NCBI GenBank assembly: GCA_951406725.2
Contig: OX597814.1
Location: forward strand, 212,846,001-212,910,000
Source: Octopus vulgaris
Lineage: Eukaryota
Direction of reading: 5' to 3'
DNA length: 64,000 nucleotides
Numbering within the stretch: the stretch's first letter is position 1; each line of letters opens with the position of its first letter. Below, one piece after another: positions 13,784 through 26,020 of the stretch. A model generated the notes under the pieces. It did not search any database. It worked only from the letters and a program-made list of their open reading frames with translations, and was not told where the DNA came from. Position numbers and translations under genes: made by a program.

Positions 13784-14787
13784 TACATAACTGACTTCAG
13801 AACTTGGCTATTCATAATTTACTAGGAATTCCTGGAAAACAAGATCCTGTGTAAGATAGTTTGGTATTCTCTGTAAATGCACAAAAACCGTTTTAAGGGT
13901 TACATACTGTATATTGTTGTAAATGGATTAGCGAAACAGTTATGAGAATGGAACCAAGGGATAAGCCCCGCTTTCTCAGGAATTTACCGGGTACGTCAGC
14001 AAGTAGTATAAAATAAGCGAACGGGGAAATGAGGATTTAAAAAAAAATATGTTGGTAACCATCATGCAATATTTTTGAAATGCTGCAAAAATTTCTGTGT
14101 CAGTTCATCGCTGAAGGAATTTGGTTATGACATTTACCTCGTCTGCTAAAACTTTGGCGTAATATTTGACTTTCATTGCTAAGTTTAGCTATTCCATTTG
14201 TAATTTCATTTAATCGGTTTCTAATAACCCCTATCCCAGGCCAAATCTCTTTTATTTCAGAAACTGGGATTCCGTAAAGAGGTATGTGATTGTTCATGAA
14301 TTATTATTTTCAGTGACATGTTTCCTCTGAGAGATGTTATATCAGCACTATACCAAATGAACGAGCCACATCCCTTGACCTGATCTCCTTAGCCTCAATC
14401 GTTCTCCTTTCACATTCTAACACCCTCCTTAGAATTCTTGCTGTTCCTAACAGGGCTGTTTTCTGCAACACTCCGTTCTAGTGATAATTCTCAGTCTCTG
14501 ATGCCAAGTATCCAGATTTTTCTAACTGCTTTCAGTGCGACAGCCATAATCGGAACCACTTCTACGTACCTGATTCTCCATAGTTCCATGATTCCCCACT
14601 TCAGCTGCTGATATTTCTCCGCTTTCCTTCTCAGTTATCCTGTGGCAATACCCATAATAATTGTTTTTTTTTTCTTTTCTGATACCAGAGTAGAGAATAT
14701 TGAAAACCAAACTGGCTTACACAGGATCTTGTTTTTCAGGAATTCCTAGTAAATTATGAATAGCCAAGTTCTGAAGTCAGTTATGTA
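13784..14787. repeat. 72-bp inverted repeat pair (13784-13855 / 14716-14787)
   Basis: Reverse complements match at 71/72 positions by eye, with ~14 further imperfect bases on the inner side. Confidence 0.9.
14300..14700 (-). mobile_element. R4/Dong-clade LINE 3' fragment
   Basis: Minus strand ..RITEKE.EKYQQLKW.I..LWR.. and VLQKTALLGTARILRRVLE, ending in aataataa. Confidence 0.75.
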
Positions 14788-16711
14788 ATAACATGAAATA
14801 TAAACAATACAGCCACGTTAGTAAGATTGTAACGTTTCTCCTATCCACATTAGGAGTCGATGCTTTTGGAGTAGCACCTTAACTCCTACACACTTTCATT
14901 CGCTCCAGAATTTGCTGAAGGAAAATGAATATATTATTTAGCATTTCTACTTCATGAATAATGCATAAGTATCTGCAAGAGACAATATCCGACTTGAGAA
15001 TCTATTAAAACACCACACAGTTTCTGCTATGGTACAGCAGAATTAATATGGTGTTAGAAAGCAATGAGAAAGCCCTTTTAAGAGGCATTGCTAAAACGTG
15101 TAAACAAACAATAAAGAATAAACAAACAAGACTTTTTTTAAATACGCTTCCAATGTATAACAATTAGGGAAAATGACCTAAAAATGTATCCATGCAACAA
15201 AGAGGTAAAATAAAATAGTACAAAGAGTAAATATAGATAAAGTGATCTGACAGAAAAGGAAGGTAAGGTTTATTTTTTCCTTCGTACAATGAAATTTAGC
15301 TACACAAAAAGAACATGAACATCCAGCCCAGACCCGAAATATGTAGGGTATATGGTATAGGAATAGAAACATAACGGGTGATAATAGATGGATTGCAAAT
15401 GGTAAAGGGGTAGATTATTTTTGAAATTAAAATCATACCCGCGTCTGTAACATTATACAGAGTCTAAAATTATTTTTTACACAGAACACACACTTTTATG
15501 CACATAGTATTATACCAGTAACAAAAGTCATACATGAGGAATAAGAAAAATATGTTCCCAATGCTATAATGCAGCACAGAGAGAATGAATGCACTACAAT
15601 TCCAATTCACAGAAGACAAATTGAACCTAACAAATAAATGGGATACTAAATTACTACAAGGCGAAAGGAAGCATACAACACAGCAACGGTAAATTTTATA
15701 TCACATTCCATCATTGTACCACACGAATAAAAGACAATGCATTCTATACATCAAATACACAGTGACGGTATAAACATATCTTTCGATCATACGTGCTTGG
15801 TTGTATTTGTGGATGCGTTTGCCAGTTTTGTTCGTGGGTGTGGTGGAAACAGTTGCAGTCATGTTGATATTGCATGCGGGGTGGGGGGAAGAAATTTCTG
15901 CCTTCACGTGGAGACTTCAGGAATTAATTGTAGGTCGTTATTTTTTTATTTTATTTTTTTGTGTTTCTCTCTTCTTCATTGCACAAAGCCAGAAATTTTT
16001 GTGGCACTGTAGTTATTCCTAGTGTTATAGTTACCTCTTCTATTTTTATTATTTCTACATTTATTGCCCCAACACTTTGTTGGCAACTGTTATGAATTTT
16101 ATTAAATACTTTGGCATTTTCACCGCTTTGACTTTTTTGCTGATATTAATATTTTTGGTTGCATCTCCCCCTATCGCTCTTCATGTTTGTAGCTTAGACT
16201 TTCAATACGTTTTTCACATCCCTCTGCATTACATTATCCCTCTTCGTCTTCTTGATGTTATGTTGTTTGTATTACGGATGTTGATTTAGTCTCTACACCT
16301 AGTATTGTTCCTAGTTTCACAGATTATATTGCAGCACAAGTATCATTGTGAACGTTGATTTAATTCATTTATACTACTAACACGTTTTCTCCAATACCTG
16401 GGATTAAATATTTGTTATTCTCTGAAGTCAAATTCACTGAGGTGTTTGACAGTTTAAACGTCAAAGGTATGACCATGGCTGCTTTCTACAGCACGACTCT
16501 AGTTTATCGTCAACAGTGCTCCTGACGTAACTGAATATGTATTATCTGCTTGACTGTTGACGATTGGAAAATTTATTTATGACACTCTCTCGTAGTAAAT
16601 TCGTTCAAAAATTCAAAAATATATATTCATAATTTTGTACGTATTAATTTATGGAAACGGGGTTACAACCAGCGAAGCTTCACAGTATATGATCAGCATA
16701 GGTCGATAAAA

Positions 16712-17860
16712 AAATAAAAATTATTTCTTTATTAATCACAAGGTGTTTACATTAGGACAAAACATTAAGTACAGCACAGGGTAGAACATTGAATGTATGC
16801 GCAAGTTTGTGCGTGCGCATTGGTGTGAGCGTTTTGTGCGTAAACAGGTTTAACAAATAAACCATTAAGATTTCAACAATGAATATTCCTCAATAAGGAG
16901 GAGACGCTCGAGGGTTGTTCATGGAAAAACCCTGTAAAACCGATCGGTACCCTTACATCTAGGGTGGTCGAATCTCCTAACCTCTTTAGATCTGATTTAT
17001 TGCCGTAAACTCAGATCAGGCCTATTCACATGCATCATGCTCGCCACTTTTGCCTACCTTCAAAATATAACTGGAAGGCAACACTTCCCCCCGCTTAGTT
17101 TCCACGTTGATGAGGGTTGGTCAAAGAGGGAAGTACTTCACTTCAGCACTTTTAATCGCGTCCACCATACAACTTTTTTTGCCCATGACCACAAAGTACA
17201 AGAATACTGCTTCATTTTCCCAGTTAAATGAGGGTGGTGGGGTGACTTTAACGAAGGATTCAGTTGATAGCCGGATCTGTCCAAGACATGACAGCAAGTG
17301 TTCGACATAAACTCACTTGTCAGCAATGCTCGTGCACTGGACCAGGGCGGTGTCGTCGCATATATCTTGGACAAGCTCAGTTGGCGGCACTTCTGTACCT
17401 GCAGGGTTTATCTCGAACCAGGAAAACAACCCGGTAGCACTGTCAGGCCATGAACTTCTGGAGGTTACCGATCGGCCCTGGGCCAAAAGAACTCCGGGAG
17501 TGGACGGCTAGTTGATTGTCTTCGATGTCCAGGCTCTCCTCAAGGACTTTGTCACACTTATATGCTACCAATTCTCTATAAAACGCTAGATTTCCACCTA
17601 CCGCAATACCCTACTTTCTGAAATAAATGCTCTTGATCTTTACTTGACTCAGAACTACTGTTCCGTCAAAAGGACGATCTGGGAGAACGCGCGTCCAGTG
17701 AAAGATGACAACATCTTTTCATCATCAAACAAAGGCTGGCGAAGTCGTAGCCAGCGTCCAAATCTGTGCATCATCAGCCATAGCATGAACAGTGGACCAC
17801 ACAGCAGATGTTGACAGTAGATGGATCGCCTGACCATGGGAACGTCCCCTTTCTACATGA
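16712..17860 (-). mobile_element. Tx1/L1-like LINE 3' fragment
   Basis: Minus-strand peptides ..RQPLFD.. and ..AKKVVWWTRLK.. resemble Tx1 ORF2 C-termini. Ends in ccttgtgattaataaagaaata. Many stops. Confidence 0.55.
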
Positions 17861-17864
17861 AGAA

Positions 17865-18312
<448 letters not shown>

Positions 18313-18324
18313 AAGAAGAAGAAG

Positions 18325-18700
18325 AAAATATAAAAACCTGCTTATTGAAATTGAGAAAATGTAGCATCTCAAGGCGGTTACAATACCAGTGATCGTAGGA
18401 GCACTAGGATTGATCAAGAAGGGAACCGAAAATTATATGAGAATGATCCCTGGCTTACCATCCCTGCAAGAAGTGCAAAAGATTGTCTTAACTGGTACAT
18501 CACACGTATTGAGAAGAGCATTGTCGATGTGAGAACTATTACTACCCATGTATTTTAATTTAACTTTAAAAAAAATGAACGAACTAGTGAGTTTAGTTTA
18601 ATGGCCTACCAATGTATACTATGAGTTTCTTTGCCCTATGAGTCGGGAAGACACTCGGCAAGAAATGGAAGCAAATTTGAAAGAAGAAAAAAGAAAGATA
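18325..18700 (+). mobile_element. R4/Dong-clade LINE 3' end (second subfamily)
   Basis: KYKNLLIEIEKM*HLKAVTIPVIVGALGLIKKG..LQEVQKIVLTGTSHVLRRALSM*. Lies between (AAT)n/(AAG)n tracts. Confidence 0.85.
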
Positions 18701-18717
18701 ATAATAATAATAATAAT

Positions 18718-19030
18718 CAGCGAAAGTGCTACATTGGAAACTATGCGAAAAGTGGAGGCTAGAGCGAGGCAAGACGTGGTATGAGCACAAATCGCAGAGA
18801 GTGGCGGAGTCTTGCAAAATTCTCTGGAATTTCACAATCCAAACAGATCAGATGCATAAGAGATCGGACGTAGTATCGGTGAACAAGAGGCACCACACGT
18901 GGTATATATGTCGAGAAGTATGTCAAAGAAATCGGAATTGACAAGATAGCAGGGCAAGCCCCCAAAATTGTTCTGCTGGAGACAGCTAAGATTTTGAGAT
19001 TGGTACTTGGATTTTCAATGTCTCCCACGA
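18718..19030 (+). mobile_element. R4/Dong-clade LINE fragment (deleted)
   Basis: LHWKLCEKW..WYEHK..KILWNFTIQTD..RSDVV, then a jump to QKIVLLETAKILRLVL-like sequence. Confidence 0.75.
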
Positions 19031-19199
19031 TAATTGACAACCAAGTATCGAAGCTTATAATGTGCGGAAATGGACCTTGTGAGATCCTTGACAGCAGACT
19101 GGTGTCCGCTCTCACATAATCTACCAGAACACACAGTCAACGGAATTCGAATATAAAGACGGACTAAATGCTGATAAGCATTTTGCCCGGTGTGATAAT

Positions 19200-19820
19200 G
19201 ATCCTGTCCACTCACTCTCCTTCTCCACACTAAACAAAATTTTCACCTCAATTTTGAAAGAGATAAGTACAAATTTATGGACGAAAGATCATCCTGGTAT
19301 TTCGGCTGTAAAGCCCAACTACTAATTAACCGTAAGATTCCTGAAAACTCTCATAAAAGGGCATAGAAGCTTGAGTACTGTCATGAAAGGGCATAGACGT
19401 TTGAGTGCTATCTTAAAAGGGCATAGACGTTTGGATTCTCAAAGGGCATTTGACTGTGTGCCCATTAAGGGACCCATTTTGGATATCCTGAGACTTTTAC
19501 CAGCAATATCGAACTTACTTAAATGGAACATGTATGTATGGAATACAACTCTAATATTATCACACGCTGATGGACCTATAAATTCCATCAGCTTTAGCGT
19601 TGGCTGTGACGCTTTACAATGTGTTTTTTGTTTGTCTCATCTTATATATTGCATTTCACTCATACCACTGAATATAGGTCGTAATAGAATGGAACGTGTC
19701 TACAAAGATGGGAAAGCCATAAACCGTCCGTTTTGTATGGTTGAAGTGACTATAAATGATTGCAGAAGAGGAAAAGGCGAAAAGTTTACATTCAATCACA
19801 AAGGAAACTAAGGTTTTGCT
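19200..19820 (+). mobile_element. Decayed non-LTR reverse transcriptase fragment (probably R4/Dong)
   Basis: ..GCKAQLLIN.. and LDSQRAFDCVP..ILDIL (D..KAFD.VPH motif). Contains a 30-bp tandem triplication at ~19355-19432. Confidence 0.6.
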
Positions 19821-19859
19821 CTGCGGAATTTGAACGCAGAACATAGCGACGGGTAAATA

Positions 19860-20154
19860 ATAATGGAACCTGCAGTCGACTGCGACGTTTGAGTGTCTAG
19901 TTTTTGCCGAAATTCCTGCACAAATTATTCTTTTTATAGTGATTAAATGTATGTGCTGTACGTTAGCTCACTTCCTCCATCAAATCGATTTTGCCTGAAC
20001 AGGTACACGGTGTACCACATATCAGGTGTCAAATTGATCACAGAGCGACGTGAGAAGAAGTGTTTTTTGCTCAAGGGCACAATGCGCCAATCGGTCTAGG
20101 AATTGAAACCACAATCTTGCGAGCTTGAGTACAACGCCCTAATCTCTAGCCCAT
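19860..20154 (-). mobile_element. Degenerate tRNA-derived CORE-type SINE
   Basis: Minus strand gggctagagattagggcgttg..gtggtttcaattcctagaccg..ttgtgcccttgagcaa (tRNA head plus CORE-like block). Confidence 0.65.
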
Positions 20155-20544
20155 ATATACTCGTATTTATGTATCCATTTGTGTGTGTAGTAAGATGTTT
20201 TGCTTTATTTGCAGTGACCTTTGTATGAGATTTTTGAAGTCTGTTTCTGGAGAAAAAATTAATTGTTCACTTGTTTTAGTTTAGTTTTGGGGTAACATAT
20301 TTGTTCTTTCATCAGCATTCAACGTGTGCCTCTTCCATGTGGTTATATCCGTATATATATCTTGTTTATTTTGCTGGTCACTACTATAAATCAAATCTTG
20401 TTGCGGCTTAATCATTTGAGAGAAAGTATTTTTCTAGCATGTTTTTATTTATGCGCCCTGACATAACTTCATTAGTTTCTTGGCACCGCATTCAGCATAT
20501 TCCTATTACCGAAGTATACAGTTGTTTTCGATGACTGTGATATT

Positions 20545-20955
20545 GATTTCAAATTTTGGCACCAGGCCAGTACATTCAAGGAGAGGCCAAGTCGTTTACA
20601 TCGAACCTAGTGTTCAACTAGTACTTATTTTATCAACCTCGATAGTATGAAAGACAATTGAACTCTGAATGTGAAGACATACGAAATTCAGCTAGGCATT
20701 TTGTAGTGTTCCTAACGATCCTGCAAGCTCGCCGCATTATTGGAGACTGTAATAAGGGTTTTATATTTTGGCATAAAACCAGCAGTTTCAGGAACGGGAT
20801 AAGTCGATTGCATCGTTCACAGTGCTGACTTGACACTTAATTTTTCCGACACCGAAATGATGAAAGGCAAAGTCAACCTCGGTGGAATTTAAACTCAAAA
20901 CGAAATGTCGCTAAGTATTTTTCCCGGTATGCTAACAGTTCTGCCAGCACGGCGC
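20545..20955 (-). mobile_element. Two family A SINE copies
   Basis: Reverse complements of the 1430 consensus, e.g. gatgaaaggcaaagtcaacctcggtggaatttaaactc..gctaacagttctgccagc. Confidence 0.75.
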
Positions 20956-22299
20956 ACTACCGCAGGCTGTAATATTTGGACACAGTTCTTGATAAGTCAG
21001 GCAGCGTTGAGTCAATCATGAAAGAGCACGGACATAGATGATGTTGTTCTAGCCAATGCATTTCCATTCTCAAGCTAGTTACCAAGGATCATAGTATCTT
21101 ATATATCGTTCCAAATATTAGGATGTGATATGAGGTATAGTTGACTCTTATGTCGAGCAGTCGAAGTAAATCTATTATACTTATATAGTTTTGATAGAAT
21201 GCGCTTTATGCTATTGAGAAAGGTGAATATTACACTTAAATTCAACTTTTATTTGCAAGTAAAAAGAATAAAATTATATATCAATATTTGCATTAACAAT
21301 TTAATTCTTTACCTTCATTTCAGAACTCTTCTTTTATTTTGCTTCCATCGCCAGTAATTCTTTCACTCTCATATCATTATATATACGCATAAAATAGACA
21401 TAAAAGTCCATTAATATTGTATAAAACAATTTTATAATAGCTGTTTCAGCACAATATAGCTTAAGTCGAAATGCGAGGTGCTAAAATAAATTTGAATTAG
21501 GATATAGCTACATGGAAAGAGCTGCATTCATTTTTGTAGGTCAATTTTACATTCTACGTTGTCCAACTATATCTCGTTGTTAAATGTGTCCTTACTTCTA
21601 TTTCCATATAAAAAAGACATACCTTATCTTTGAGTTGATAAAGCATAGTTGTATATATAATTCATATATTTCGCAGACGAAATCAATAGGAACACTAGAA
21701 TGTAAAAACATTTACTGTATTATAAAAGAGAATTAACGTGGCGATTGATAAGGAATTGTTGTAAGCAAGCTTATCATATGTTGACCAAAGGATAGAAAAA
21801 ATTAGGTCAGAGCAATAATATATTCAAATTGCTTTTTTTCTTTTTACTTTGGTAGACAAATAAACGTGTGAAGTGAGCATCAACTGTGTATACGGGTCCT
21901 GTGTAGTATGTTTGTCCTTTATTCTTATTTTCTAATCTATTGCTTTCTGTCACTGCTAGAATACTAAAATATTTTAGTTGTCAAGAGAAATATATCCCCG
22001 TGAAACAAATAATATGCATTATAATATATAAAGTTTGAATGGTAAAAGACTGGTGAAATATCTAAGTTATCTACGTTTCCTTTGAAATTTGAAAACTGGG
22101 ATATCTTTTTTCTTATAATTTAAGCTACTTTTACAGCTGAGAACAACTGTATTTTGATATCCACCTTATCATTCGTATATTATTTTTGCAAGCTGTATAG
22201 ATCTCTACATGCGCTTTAGAACTGTAATATCTAAACTACATTTTCCATGTGATTTAAAAATTTTATGGCTGCCAGTAAACGTAATGTTTATCTTTACTA

Positions 22300-23560
22300 G
22301 TTCTCATGTTCCTTGATAGTCTTGCTGACTTTAGGTATTTGGAATCCATAATAAACATCTGGTTTTATAGTTTTGTTTCAATCAATTTATTATACTAATT
22401 ATATTTGTTATATACCTTCTAAGGATTCTTCAATGTTGTGTAGTCATCGGTCAGCTGTGAAAGCGCATTCATATAACAGTATGTATAACGATGAACCTTT
22501 TGATTCCCTTATAACATTTGAGGACAAGTCTATCCTTCCATCATGCATTAAGGAGGTCCCTATATTTTTAGTGTGTTCCGGTTCAGTATGTTTCTCTATA
22601 AGTCATTGCAGCTGAATATACCAGTATCTATAAGTTCTGCTGGTGAATTTGTATTCTGTTCAGGACAAAAATGCTATCAATTTTAGTTGGGCTGTCTGAA
22701 TTTTTTTATATTTTTGATTTAATACCGACTGATTGGAGACAGTCCCAAGATTATGAATTTGGCATTAGTTTTCAATCTTCTTAATTTCATGGTACATTGG
22801 AGATTAAATAAAAAAAAAGATTATAGTGCACATCATTTGAACAGTTAAAACTATATTTTAAGGTTAAAATATGGACATAAATTATGGGGAAGTATTTCCT
22901 ACGTTATTTTATCGGTTGTTAATCAAACTTGTGTATAACAATGTTAAGAAAAGTAAGATTTTTAAGATACTGAAGAATTAGAACCCCGTTAATACCTAGT
23001 GTCTGAAAATCTATGGTACATCCAGTCACCACTTGCAATACGTCAGTTTGCCACAGTTGCGACGCTTGTAAACCCCTTACCGCGACGCTCGATAGAAACA
23101 GTTTATCATTTGCTTTTCCTTTCTCTCCTCAGTAGTTGCACTGAAGAAGTGATTGTGGAAATGTGCTTGGACATTGTGCAGAGCTACATTAATTGAAGTT
23201 ATTTTGATGTAAGATACCGTATGTCCGTTATTTGAATATTCGATGCTGCTAATTACTTTTTCATACCTAATTAAGTTTTTCAATGTTCTTGCATAAGATA
23301 TTATTAAGATGATATTTCCGATAATTTAATATCATTTTAAAGTTTATATATTTACAACGTTTATCTTTGGACCATTTTCAATACGTTTAGCCTCAGATCG
23401 CCATCAGATTTATTATTCTAACCAGAATATGTTTTCAGCCAAGAACAATGTACATACTCTCATACATATCACCATAGGGTAATCGAAGATCGAATAGATC
23501 TTTTGTTAGTTTTATTTGTTGATGTCTTGTTTAGTCGCTTGGCGTTAAAGTATAATTTAA
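22300..23560 (-). mobile_element. Very old CR1/L2-like LINE remnants
   Basis: Weak minus-strand echoes of AP-endonuclease motifs (EP....ILDLVL, SDH-like) at 22400-22780 and of the ORF2 C-terminus at 22950-23500. No intact frame. Confidence 0.3.
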
Positions 23561-24955
23561 TTAAATGATTTGTTTATAATTTCATTATATTAACGCTTTT
23601 AATTGTGCAATTAAAAATTCATTTTACGGCGCCTGAAAAATTTTTTTATTTGTTCATTGTTATTTGTTGGTTGTAAGCGCTTGCGGTCTATAATTGTGTC
23701 TCTCTATGGCAACGTCTGCTTTATGTTATTATTATTTTTCTTTTTTTCAGGTTTAGTAATGTATTCTGTCTCGTCCATTTACAAATGTACATTATGACTG
23801 TGATGAAGATAAATATAGTGATTTTTAGTGGCATTTATACTAAGCTTATATAATTTAATGAGAGAAAAAACTATGAGCTCCAGACGAAACAATCTTTTGT
23901 TTAATATATTTGTATCTTATTAACATAAGTTACCAGTATCTGTGTTCTAAGCACGTAAAGAATCTTGCAACAATATTCTCAGTAGGATCACCTTCGCTGC
24001 TTATATTGTTTGTTAAGTTTAAGAACACCAGTGCAATAAAAAATTTATATTAAAAGGAAAAATATGATAAAATGAATTTCAGTTTAATTTTCTTTCAGTT
24101 CAGTTAGCATGGTTGATAACGAAAGTAGACTATGTTTGTGCGACATATATCTGAGATATGTGGAGGTCACTCATTCATAAATGCAGTTAACCTCATTCTC
24201 ATATTCTGAAACCGATTCGACTTTCAGAAAATGATTGGAAATCAAAGTATAACTACGCCCAATTAACAAAAATCGCAGTTGGAAAAATTTGCATTAGTAT
24301 AAGAATTATTGTTATTTATAATTGTTTGCATATACAAATATTACCTATAAAGTTATTAAGGCATCATAACAGCAAAAGTCCAAAATGTCGATAATGACAC
24401 TAGAAAACTGAAAAATGAGCAAATTAAAATAATAGATCGTTTATCGTAAAAAAGGTAATCTGATATAAATAATCTAAATATTAACTATAAAACATTACTA
24501 AAGTACTTTTATAATAATTGATAATTTAAAGTTTTGTGTGAAAAACAAAACATTTATTAAAGGTTATTAAATTCGCTATACTTCATTTTATAAGCAATCG
24601 CTAATCTTGGTTCCAGCACCTCTTACTTTTTTTCATTATATCTGTGTGAAAACGCCATCCTCTATAATATACACAGTAGCATGTGCGATCAGATCGATAG
24701 GCTACAGACTCTATATCATATACATCTAATCGCACTCGCATTCACATTCCTATCAACTGTATCGACTCTTCCCACCCATATATCTAATTTATTCTTTTTT
24801 GCTATTTTACACTTTCCTTAATCTTGACAACCTTGATAGCAACTATACTCCTTTTATCTCCGACCGCTGTCTCTCTTATAGTCACTCTTCTCTTTACGCT
24901 ATTTCATTCCCAGCATTTTCCTTAACCTACTTCTTAGCATCGAATTATATCTCTA

Positions 24956-25395
24956 CTAGCAGCATAGCCCGGCATTGCCCGGGTATGTAAGAGCCCCTAG
25001 TAGGCAACGACTAATCCCAATCTAGTCCTTTCCCTCTTGGGAACGAAGGCGCATGTGCAGGTTGCAATATCTTCTCTTCACTCGAATACTTCTGTGTATA
25101 CGATGTTCCTAGCTGTCCCTTTGGGCGATAAAAAGGTCGAGTTGTGTCCCCTAGACAGAAAATATGTTGCATATAAAAAGCTTAGATTTTTGACCCCATG
25201 TCGAATTTATCGATCTTTTTCAGAACTGGGGGAACTTTTCAAAGTTTTCGCTGCGTTAGTTTTGAATTATGACATTGGGCTATGTGTGTGTCAAGTTTCA
25301 TCAGAATCGGTTGAAAGCCGTGGTCAGGGTGAGGGTACAACCTGACAGACACACAGACACACAGACAGACAAACTGCCGTTTATATATAGAGAGA
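24956..25395 (-). mobile_element. Complete non-autonomous Helitron (440 bp)
   Basis: Minus strand starts A|TCTCTCTATATATAAA and ends with GC hairpin cccgggcaatgccggg, then ctatgctg and CTAG|T. Inserted between A and T with no TSD. Confidence 0.9.
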
Positions 25396-25830
25396 TTTGT
25401 CACTTCCATACACATTCCTTTAATCCCCTCGCCACACTTTTCTCTTAATCTATCCGTTTTCTCTTTCATTTCTCTTCCTCCTTCTCTTCGATGTTTCGCC
25501 ATTTCTATGGCGATCCCCAACAGGATCGGAGACGATTGATTTAGCCAGTACACAACTTAAATGAATACAGTGTACAAGCCATGTGCTATGCAGGTATACC
25601 CCAATAATGCATATGTAAGGTCAAATTAAAATATGAAATAGAAGCAGCGCTAGTGTAATAAACATTACCAACTACAAATACTTAGGGCACATACAGAGTG
25701 TATTTGCCGGCAGGTCGCGAGTTGTTGTGGTGGAGACATCACTTTCAAAGACTTGCACGCAAACACATATATAAATATATGTATATATATATATGTGTGT
25801 GTGTATGTATACTATGTATATATGTATATA

Positions 25831-25999
25831 GACGCAAGTGTGGCTGTGTGGTAAGGAGCTTGCTTCCCAACCCACATGGTTTCGGGACCAATTCCACAGC
25901 GTGACAACTTGGATAGGAAGCGCCTTCTAGTATAGCTTCGAGCCGGCCAAAGTCTTGTGGGCTGATTGGGTAGACAGAAACTGAATGAAGCGCGTCGTA
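25831..25999 (+). mobile_element. 5' half of a family B SINE
   Basis: gacgcaagtgtggctgtgtggtaag..cccacatggtt..tatagcttcgagccggcc..gtagacagaaactgaatgaagcgcgtcg. Confidence 0.75.
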
Positions 26000-26020
26000 T
26001 ATATATATATATATATATAT

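Noticed and set aside
15690-16290. Overlapping short ORFs with hydrophobic stretches
   Set aside because: T-rich composition explains the hydrophobicity; no domain motif or splice structure supports them.
23735-23860. Strong splice-acceptor-like ttttctttttttcag|g
   Set aside because: No convincing open frame or donor follows. A non-coding or UTR exon cannot be excluded without RNA data.
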